Shown here piece by piece: positions 43,485-64,000 of a DNA stretch of 64,000 nucleotides. The notes beneath the pieces are model-generated. The model did no database searches and was not told where the DNA came from. It saw nothing but the letters and a program-made list of their open reading frames with translations. Numbering within the stretch: the stretch's first letter is position 1; each line of letters starts with the position of its first letter. Position numbers and translations under genes: made by a program. Where the stretch lies: NCBI GenBank assembly GCA_033442325.1, contig JAWQFM010000006.1, positions 234,704 to 298,703 of the forward strand, in the 5' to 3' direction. This DNA comes from Salpingoeca rosetta (lineage: Eukaryota > Protista > Choanoflagellata).

Positions 43485-43734
43485 AACTCACGTCGTGGAT
43501 GGGGTTGGCGCAGTTGTGGTCGTTGCGGTGGTCGTGGCAGGTGACTGCCTTGCATCGATGACAGGTGTAAGGCAAAAAGTCGAGCTGCTTGCATGTCTTG
43601 ACGCAGCAATGGGTTCCAATGGACAGGAAGTCTGTCTTCTCCACCAACTCCTGCCTCTCCTTTTCCTTCTGCTTTGCGTTTGCGCTCTTGCTCGGCGCGT
43701 CCCTCCACAGCAGTTGCTGCTTCTCACCATCCAT
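42745..43734 (-). CDS. AN1-type zinc finger protein (ZFAND2/AIRAP-like: AN1, UBZ-like, AN1)
   Basis: IGTHCCVKTCKQLDFLPYTCHRC...CHDHR..HNC, CPVC...VDKHIASGC, and CRAKGCK...CRTCHQHYCAKHRFPEDHSC. Two exons. Confidence 0.88.
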
Positions 43735-44043
43735 CTTCGTCTTAGCTGCTCGCTGTACGCCCTGTATCTGACTGTGAACAGGTGTCTGTCTGTCTGTCTG
43801 CCTGTCTGTCGAGTTGTTTGGTTGCCGTAAGTGCTGTCAGTCTGTGCGTGCTTGTTGTCGTTGCCTGTCGTTTGCGTTCGACATGAAGGAAAATGACGAC
43901 TCGTCAAACATGTCATCGTCATCGTCATCATCGTCATCTCGGTTGCGCAGTCAGCGCTGCGTCATCATTATGACTCCATTTTGTGGTGTTCCAGACGGTT
44001 CCAGCAGCTTCTTCTTCAAACACTGAGTTCAGTCGCACCCAAG

Positions 44044-44193
44044 ATGGAGCAGCCGGAGCAGGAGCAGGAGCAGCAGAGCGAGATGCTGTCCCAAGGGCTG
44101 TTGGGGATGTGGCAGCCCATGGTGGCACAGCTCCAAGACACCCTCCACGAGATTGTGTACGTGTATGAGGGGGAAGGAATGTGTGTGTGTGCG

Positions 44194-44252
<59 letters not shown>

Positions 44253-45476
44253 ATGGCGGTAGCAAGCAAAACAGCAGGGTGTTTATAATTCAGGGTTGTT
44301 GCAGTGGGCATCTGTTTGTTTATGTGGTGTGTGGTGTTATGAACGACTGCTCTGTTCGTTGAATGACTCGTGTGGTCATTGGGGGACAGATACGCACACA
44401 GACACTCGCACACACACGCACGCACATACACGCTCACGCACACTCATACACGCTCACGCACACTCACACACTCACACTCGCACTCACACACACTCCAATT
44501 TGGTTTTGCAGAGAGTCACAGGAGGAGCTCGTTGCACGTGTGTCGGAGGAATCGTCCAACGTTGCAACTAACAAGGCCTTGGAGGAAGTCGCCCTTGTGG
44601 TTAGTGTGTATGTGCACTGTTTGTTTGCACACATGCTCTTCATCCAGTGTTCATGTGATTCTGTTCTGGTGCAGTGCCGCATGTGCGTTTCCCTTCTGTC
44701 ATCAACTTCCTCACACTGCCTGTAATGCGTGCGCGGCCGACCTGCGGGCAGATGTCGCAAGTACCCACGTACACACAGAAGCTGGTGCAGATCCGCAAGG
44801 ACATGGTCTCGCTTCACGAAAAGAGCAATCGCATGAAGGTGCGTGCGTGCTTGCATTGCACGCGTGCTGGTTGAGACGGGGAAGCGCTGGTGTGAGTTGA
44901 ATTGATGAGGGATCCGATGTGAAGTGTGTGTGGGGGGGGGGATTGGTGGGGGTGTTTTCCGCTTGCACCCACACATGTACACACACATGCACACACACAC
45001 ACATGTACACACACATGTGCACACACACACATATGTACACACACACACACATGTACACACACACACATGCACGTCACACAAATACTTTCGCACACGCGCG
45101 CACACACGCACCTCCATGCCTGTAGAAGCGTGCCGAGAAGCTGGCGCTGCAGCAGTCGACGCAGGCGCAAAGGGCGGCACAGCAGGCGGAGCAGGAGCGT
45201 CAGCGGGAGCGAAGATTACAGGCACGCCCCGTGGAGGACGTGCTGCCAACACAGCCCGCAGCCATCAAGAAGAAGACAAAGAAGCGCACAAGCACGAGCA
45301 GCGCAACCAGCACAGGCAGCACTCCCGCGCAGGATCGCGGCATCATCGTTGTCAACCCCGGCCCAAAGGCCGCAACTACCACCACCACCAACACCGCCAA
45401 CACTTCCAACACCACCACCGCCAACACTTCCAACACCACCACCACCACCGCCAAGGGTGATGAGGCACCGCAGTAG
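44044..45476 (+). CDS. BLOC1S6: BLOC-1 subunit 6 (pallidin; Snapin/Pallidin family)
   Basis: [11 protein letters not shown]...LHEIVESQEELV...[29 protein letters not shown]...ERRLQARP closely follows pallidin (YHAKLVNIRKEMLMLHEKTSKLKKRALKL...EKQLTARP). Four exons. Confidence 0.85.
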
Positions 45477-46084
45477 GCATCTTTAGGCACGCACGCCCTG
45501 GTGCCACACGCATTGGCATTGGTTGTGTTTTGGCTTTCCGCTGATTTGCTTTTCACCCCGTTTGTGGCCCTTTGATACGCAGACACACGCAAGTTTGCTT
45601 CGTATGTTGCGTGTTTGCTTCGTCACAGTGCTTCACTGTGGTGCTGCACACTGTTACATGATCGTGGCGTGCGGCTGTTCCCACGCCAAATGGAGTTTGA
45701 ATACACACAGGCGAGCGAGCACACTGGAATCATCATGTGGTATGGGCAGTGGTGTGTGGATCTATGTATGTACAAGGCAAGAGCACACAGGAGGGACACC
45801 AGGGTCAAATACAAACCGGGGAACGTGCAGGAAGAGGAGAGCGGGGGGGGGGAGGAGGAGAAGGCAGGGTGGTCCATGGGCAGCTCGGTCCAACCAACGT
45901 ACAGGACGGAGGGACAGGGCAACGGTTAGGCTGCGAGACAAGAAGGCGCGCCACAACCATGGCCCGAAAGAACAAGGACGTGTAATGTGTAATGTAATGA
46001 CATGCGACACACCGACACACACACGCGCGTGTGCTGGCACGTGTGCGTGATGCCGTCTGGATGGGATGCGCGTCCTGCCTGCGT

Positions 46085-46507
46085 TCAGGTGCTGGTGCGG
46101 TCCACGAGGGTGTCGCTGATTGCTGTGGTCATAGGAGGACAACAAAACGAGTGTTGGTGGTGGTGGTGGTGGTGGGGAGGGGGCAAAAGACGTCGATATG
46201 AGATACAAAGCAAGCCAGCAAGCAGTCAAACGTGCAAGCTAGCGAGCCGGAAAGCAAGCAAGCCGTGCATGCGATGGCGGATGCGGAACATACATGACAG
46301 CTGCTCGCAGTTGTTGATGAACGTGTGCAAGTCCTGATTGGGCAACACAAGAAGCCAAACAAAAGTGGGAAAGAAATTAAGTCGGAAGCAAGAGCAACAG
46401 CTGAAAGCAGAAGCAACAACTCTACTTCTCACCATCAAACCCTTCAACCACCAACACCCACACCCACACCCACCCACACACCCACACACCCACACACACA
46501 CACGCAC

Positions 46508-46567
<60 letters not shown>

Positions 46568-47192
46568 GCACACACACACACACCTGATCAATGCCTTGGA
46601 GCAAGAGGCGGAGGCCTTGCATGGACGCGCGGACGTGTTGCAACGTCTTCACGCGGCGCTGGATGTCCTTGCGGTCCAATTGCAGCAGCGGCGTCGAGGA
46701 GGCTGTCGGGTTCTTCTGCTGTCCGTGACGTGGGTGCTTTGGGCTGGTCCGTGGGCTGGTTCGGGTCGGTGTTCGACTGCGCCCTCGCTGCTTGTGCTGC
46801 TGCGACTGCTGTTGAGATTGCAACTGCTGCGACTGCTGCGGCTGCTGTGATGTGTACTGGCTGCTGTCGTCGTCATCATCATCGTTGTGGCGGTGGTGTC
46901 GTTTCGGTTGAGATGATTGTGTTGAGGACTGGGATGACGCGTCGCCCTGTTCCTTGTGCTGCCTTCTCTGTTCTGCACGCGCCTCGCGAGGGGTTGTTGC
47001 CGTTGCAGTGGAAGCTGATGGTGTTGGTTTCTTCCTTGGTGTCTTTGCCTTCCCTGTTCCTTTGGTTGGCGTTTGCCGCCAGCTCACGCGTGGACTTCTC
47101 CGCAGCCCGCCTCCATGGTTTTCACCTCCTGCTTCTTCCCTTGCCACCCTCGCCGTCGCTGCCGCACGTCCTCGCGTCCTCGGCGAAGACAT
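46085..47192 (-). CDS. Hypothetical protein: basic S/T-P-rich disordered N-terminus with a short C-terminal coiled coil
   Basis: Three phase-consistent exons: MSSPRTRGR...LLLQGIDQ / DLHTFINNCEQLS / SISDTLVDRTST*. Confidence 0.6.
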
Positions 47193-47795
47193 GCTTGCGG
47201 GTGTGTGTATGTGTGTATGTGTGTGTGTGTGTGTGCGTGTTTGTGTGTGTGTAGCGACGTGTGCGTGTGTGTGTGTGCGTGTGTGTGTGTATGTCTGAGT
47301 GTGTGTGTTTGTGTGTGTGTGTGTGTGTAGCGACGTGTGCGTGTGTGTGCGTGTGTGTTCCACTGCCACCTCACATCAACTCACATCAACAGCGCAGTCG
47401 GTTGTCGTTGTTGTCTGTGAGGTTTGGCCGTTTTCCTTGGCTTTGCACAAATTGCATGGAGTGATCAAAAGCAAAGTGTGCGTTATTTTGCACAGAATAG
47501 TCAGGGCAGAAATTTTCTGCGCTGCCAGTGGCGAAGGGAGAGTGTCGTAGGTTGCAAGGAGAGGGCCGCGGTTGCTGCACGACGTCAAACAGTCACAAAG
47601 CGAAGCAAAGCAAAGCGAGGCGAAGCAAAGCAAAGCAAGCGTCGTGTGTGTGCCGGAGGTAAGCAAGAAGCAACACCACGACACACAAGCAAGCAAGGGA
47701 GACGCTTGGTTTGCTCGATCGCACAACAAACACAAAGCGAAAGCGAGCGGAGAAGAAACAGAAGAGAGACAAACCTGTCTGTGCTTTCCTTGCTG

Positions 47796-47838
<43 letters not shown>

Positions 47839-48120
47839 AAGATGTCAAAGGATGTATGGATGGATGGATGGGTGGATGGATGGATGGATGGATCCTTTCG
47901 AATTGGCTTCTTTTTTTGCCCAAACGAGCTTCATTGGCTCATGCTCAGTCTGTCACGCCACTCACCAACAAACCCCTCCTCGCGCATTCACCCCTCCTCT
48001 ACAAACAACAACAGCACCACAACCACAACCGCAACAAAGAACACCAACAACACCACGCACATCGCAGGGACTGAGCGATTCGTGACCATCTTCCCAAACA
48101 AGAGCTCCAAACCAGCCAGG

Positions 48121-58977
<10,857 letters not shown>

Positions 58978-59145
58978 TGCTGTGACGGCATGGGCGTGAC
59001 TGTGACTATCAAACCGTCGTGTGCTGAACCGACGTGGTTGCCCGCCCGTATCGTTGCTTGTGTGACGTGGCGGTGTGAGTTTTTGTGTTGAGGTGGCTCT
59101 TGCGTGACACTGTGTGACATAACTCTGTGTGTGTGTGTGCGTGTG

Positions 59146-59189
<44 letters not shown>

Positions 59190-59464
59190 CGTTTGAATGA
59201 GTAAACCTTGATCAGTGATGATGAGGAGGGTGGCTGTCCTCGCCGCAAGATTAATGTTGCATCGAATCGATTTTGGCTGAGTCATCGTGTTGTTCCTGCT
59301 GTCCGCAAAGTGTTGACGATTGGTCGTGCCTTCTAACACACACAGATGCGAGGGAGACGTGCATCCACCTTCTTGTTTGCTGTTCCATTTTGTTGACACT
59401 GCTGTGTGGCTTGGTGTCCTGACACTGTGATTCCTTCCTTGGTGCCTGAAGCAACATTGAGACG

Positions 59465-60753
59465 ATGGACCGCATCAACAAATGGAGAAAGGCCCACAAG
59501 GCTTCGAAGGAAGCAAAATCGCAAAAGGAGAAAAGGGTATGCATTCCACCTCTCTTCAATGCCGTCCTGAATGTCGCAGCCAACTTTGCCAAAGTCGCCG
59601 GCCAAACGGAGTGGTCCAAGCTGGTCAAGGGCCTGGGCTTCCTGCCGCAGTACTTTTCTGCCTCGTAAGCAATCCGTGTTTTGGTTTATGTTTTGGTTCA
59701 TGTGGTGTTCCTGTGTCCTCCAGCTCTCCTGCACTGCCCCTTGTCCGGTTGTGGGCACCTTGTTGACTTTGGTGTGCTCACATCACTGTGTCCACTCATC
59801 ATGGCTTGAATCACAAGTCGGACACATGTCATTCAGCAACTTGTCTACTCACTCACACACACACACACACACACACTCACTCACTCACTCTCTCACACAA
59901 ACGCACACACTCTCACACACACACACACACACACACACAGGACAACCCTTCGCGAGGCTGCGCTGGAGCTGGCCGTCGCCGTGCTCAGCAACGAGGATGC
60001 TCGAGCAAACTTGACTGAGGCCGCCGACGCCAGCGCATCTTTTCCTCCAGCTCCTCAACACTGTCGTCGATCAGTTTGTGGGCGCAAGCACTGATCCGGA
60101 CACGATGAGTGGCCGGTCATTTGACCTGTGCGCCCAAATCTGTGTGCTCCTGCTTGAGCACAGGAACATCCTCGACACTGCCCACCGCCAACCGGACCTC
60201 CTCCGCACCCTCGCTCGTGCTTCGGTGCGCCAACCCCAGATTCGTGAACACGTGTACCGTCACAAGAACAAGGGCATCGTCCACACGCTGGATGCCGCGG
60301 ACACCAACAGCAAGGTGAGACAGCCCTACAACACTGCCGCACACACGCACACGCACACGCACATGCAGTGTCACACGGCACGCACTGTCACACATAGACA
60401 CGCACGTACATACACGCACGCGTGCACGCACATGGTCAGTCTGTGTCTGGCCTGCATAGCCTCGTCCTCTTGCACATTTCGCCTCGTTCTGCTCATCGTC
60501 CCTTGCATTGTCCATCACCACGAACAGGGACCATCCTCCCTTGTGCCCAACTTTCGATTCACCTGGACCGATGATCGCGTGGATGAGATCAGCCAGGCGA
60601 CCTGGGAGCACCAGCGCAAGCTCTGGCGTGTCGCCGACCCCCACCACTACCGCAGATTCACAGGCACGTCTAACAAACAGTGTGTTGCGCTCCTGTGCGC
60701 GTGCATCGCATGTGCTCATCAAGCCATTGCTGTTGCATGGCCATGCAACCAAC

Positions 60754-60793
<40 letters not shown>

Positions 60794-63700
60794 ACGCATG
60801 CATACATGCATGCGCCTTCACACATGACGTGGCAACGACACTCACCCCTTTCTCCTCCCTCGCCCCTTGCATGTTTGGACTGCAACACAGGCCCCGACAC
60901 CCTCGCCCGCGTCTTTTCCCTTCTCACTTCAACCGATGATGAGCTCAACGACTTCATTCGCCACGTGCTGCGTGAGTCCCTCGCCGCAAACCTCACCGCC
61001 GACGAAAGCAAGGACCTCATGTACAAGCTGGGCACCATTGCGTTTTCGACCAACGTCAGCAACACCCACGTGTCCGCATTTTGCCAACTGCTGGACGTGT
61101 CAGCATGGGAACGCGCGTTCACCGTGCTCACTGGCGCTGCATCGGACCCCGAAGCACACGAAGCCTTCCTCCAGTCCTCGACCCTTGCAACCGTCTGTGC
61201 TGCCGTTCGTGGCACTCTGGAATCGGGCCTGGCTGAATGGCTGTGCCAGCCAGCTCAGGACAACATCGCCCGCACCCGTCTCCTCCAAGCCGTTCAACAG
61301 CACGTGGACACAACGCTACAGCTGTCAGCCTCCGTCGCGGGTTCCTCAACGACACCGCCATCTGACACTCTTCAAGCATCCCACACGCCCCATATCAACT
61401 CCACCAGTGCACTGGACACTCCCCAGCCCGACTCGGCACTCGGCACGTTCGTCTCGCCCAAATCCTCCTCGCCTGACTCTTCTAAAAACCCAAGCAACGA
61501 TCTCAGCAACGCTGCTGATGATGATGATGACGATGACGATTGGGGTGCTGGCCACGATGACCAAACCGATGGTGTCGGCAATGATGCCAATGGTGCCAAT
61601 CACACCACTGCTGCCGATAATGATGATGATGATTGGGGCGATGACAGCACCACTGACAGCACCACTGACAGCACCACTTTCAATGGCGGTCCTCAAACGG
61701 ATGCTGACACTCGCGCAGCTCTCATCCAGCGCGTGACCGACCTCATCAAGGAACACTTGAGCACACTGTACCACCTCGTTCTCCGCCGCACAAACACCAT
61801 CCTTCAATTTCACCTGCAATCCAGCAACACAGAGGCAGTCTCCACGGTCTGTGTTGAGGTGCTGGAGATTGTGCACAAGAGCAGCACCTTGGCCTTGCTG
61901 GACCTGCATGAGGTTACCGACCTGAAGGATCTCCTCTCCAATCTCCTGCGCATCAACACCGCCCCGTCCGATGGCCTCCTCGTCGCCCTCGTCCGCCACA
62001 TCCGCCCAAAGCCTGCCACGCTGCATCACCTTGCCACAGAGTCGAACAGGCGCCGCCTCCTCGGTCGACTCCAACTCGTTCAACGCATCCTGGTTGAGTG
62101 TGTGGAGCGTGATCCCTCTGAAATGTACAACGCAACGGAAGAGACCCTCGACTTGCTTGCTGCAGCCGTGCCAGACCACACCGCCTGTCCGGCTGACTGT
62201 GCCGCTGCCTTCCTGGCCATCTTCGGCAGTTCCGGTGCTTTCCAGTTCACGCCAGCCCACGCCAGCCACATCATCGAGGTCCTGGCTGCCACGTCGCTCG
62301 ATGGTGAACATGCCACTCCAAGCAACACTCCAGCCACTGCTGATACAACTGTCATGGCGCCCACCACAACAACAGCCCACGCCTCTGTCGCTGACCCAAA
62401 GACTGAGCAGCGCACGCGCCTGTGCATGCTGTTGCTCTCGCTCACCCGTTCTGCTGATAAAGAGGTGATCCAGCGTAATTGGCAGTTCATTGCTGACAGG
62501 CTCCTCGCCGGCCTGCCCCTCATCACAGCCACGCCGCAGCAGCACAAGGCGTGTTGGCACGTCCTCTTCCGTGCAGCGCCAGCCCTGACTGCGAGGACCA
62601 AGATTCTGGCCGCCTTGTTCGAATTCTGCATGCAGCAGTGGCTTCAGCACGACGAGCTAGCGTGGGCAAAGGGAGACGCCCTTGTCGACACCCTGCAAGT
62701 GCTGTCTCAGAGCAACCGCACCCGCACCCGCAACCTCATCAAGGACCAGATCGCCAAAGCCATGCACACGCTCACGCACATGCTATCGTTCGACCGTCGA
62801 ACTTCGCCAGCGTACGCCCTCCTGTTTGAGCTCGTGAAGCCCCACGACCCAGCCTCCGTCATCGACGGCAACGATGATGATGGCGAGTTTGACAGCGGTG
62901 CTCCATCCCGCAGTGAGCAGCTGCACGTCAGCGCCACAGACGCAGACTCCAAGTTCCCTCTCCCCGCAGCATTCAAGGAAGGCCTACAGCATGCTGTGGC
63001 AGAGTACAACACGAGCGAGGCTCATTCTTTCGAGATCATCAGCGATGGCGAGCGCGCCACCTTCAGTGGACACATCCTTGGCAACTGCTTCAACTCTGCG
63101 AGCGCGTATGCACAGGCTTGCAAGACGTTTCCGCCAGCAGACTGGGGCGTGGTCCCCACAACCCGCACCCTGCAGTACCTCAAGACCATCTTGTCCACAC
63201 TTCGCACTAACGACAACCTGCTCCTGCAAGGCGAGACTGGTGTGGGCAAGACGATGCTGACGCTCTTCGCCGGCCATCTCGCCAACCAGGTCGTGCTGCG
63301 CTTCAACGGGTCATCACACAGCAGCGTTGAGGACCTCTTTGGCAGCGCCACCAACGACCCCACCAAGCCCGGCCACTTTGGGCTTGCCCCTGGCCCCGCC
63401 ATCCTTGCCTATGCCTTTGGCTATTGGCTGTACATTGATGAGGCAAACCTGCTCAAGGAGGATCTGGTGCAGACCCTGGCCTGCCTGACTGAAGACCGTC
63501 TCTCTCTCGCCCCCTTTGCCAAAGGCCTCTCGATTCTCGACTGCACCTCTGCTTACACGGGCAAGCCCCTGCCCGTCATTGGCAGCGGCAGTGGCGGTGA
63601 TGATGCTGTCCTCGTGCGAAAACACAAGAACTTCCGTCTCATCTTCGCCCAGAACCCTTGCGACAGCAGATACAACCGCGAAAAGCACAGCCTCAACGTC

Positions 63701-64000
63701 CTCAGTACCTTCGTGCCGCTGGATGTGACGTGGGGCTCGAACCTTGCATCCCGCAAGGCCGAGTGGACGATGATCGCTGCCAGTGCCCTTCGTGGTGTTC
63801 TGCCTGATGACATCCACCACAGTCTGTCTTCCGACAAGTTGGCGAGCCAGCTGGTGGACTTTCACGTGCGAATCACAGATGCACAGCTCCTCGAAGAGCT
63901 TCGTGCCATCGAGAACGAGGGCGAGGTGTACGAGCAGCAGCACTTCATGGACTTGACGGTGCGCGAGCTCAAGCGTTTTGCCAGCGCTTGTCGCGCATAC
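59465..64000 (+). CDS. Giant midasin/dynein-related AAA+ (AAA_5-like) protein, 5' portion with a long helical N-terminal region; runs off the window
   Basis: The exon from 60891 stays open to 64000 and is absent from the ORF track because it has no stop. It encodes VVPTTRT...NLLLQGETGVGKT (Walker A, 63230), SVEDLFGS, GYWLYIDEANL (Walker B), HKNFRLIFAQNP, and LTVRELKRF. Confidence 0.85.

Noticed and set aside
61346-62650. 434-aa minus-strand ORF
   Set aside because: Antisense to the long AAA+ exon, which is the real coding frame.

Overview
Intron-rich eukaryotic genomic DNA whose introns are full of (CA)/(GT) microsatellites. Gene content (multi-SH2 adaptor, calcium-binding EGF array, DHCR24, pallidin) and intron style point to a choanoflagellate, most likely Salpingoeca rosetta (inference). 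I hand-spliced 15 protein-coding genes. In order: secreted PSI/EGF/cbEGF protein (-, runs off the left end through an N gap), membrane-anchored NDK-like protein (+), FKBP-TPR immunophilin (-), DHCR24 (-), DDX11/Chl1 (+), PABP (-), APRT (-), L2HGDH (+), cytochrome b5 reductase (-), V-ATPase subunit d (+), AN1 zinc-finger protein (-), pallidin/BLOC1S6 (+), an unknown basic/coiled-coil protein (-), a 7xSH2 + 2xSAM scaffold (+), and the 5' part of a giant midasin-like AAA+ protein (+, runs off the right end). The most notable observations are: a prokaryote-like extracellular domain capping an EGF stalk built from near-identical 936-bp repeats; a non-catalytic SH2/SAM scaffold mixing intact and Arg-less SH2 domains; a PABP with an apparent extra RRM nested in RRM3 plus a frame break before MLLE; a DHCR24/FKBP junction where both genes lack their facing ends; and introns bracketed by complementary (GT)n/(CA)n tracts. 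I saw no rRNA, tRNA, CRISPR array or recognisable transposon. Most short ORFs in the track are microsatellite or antisense shadows. Exon boundaries are manual and approximate.
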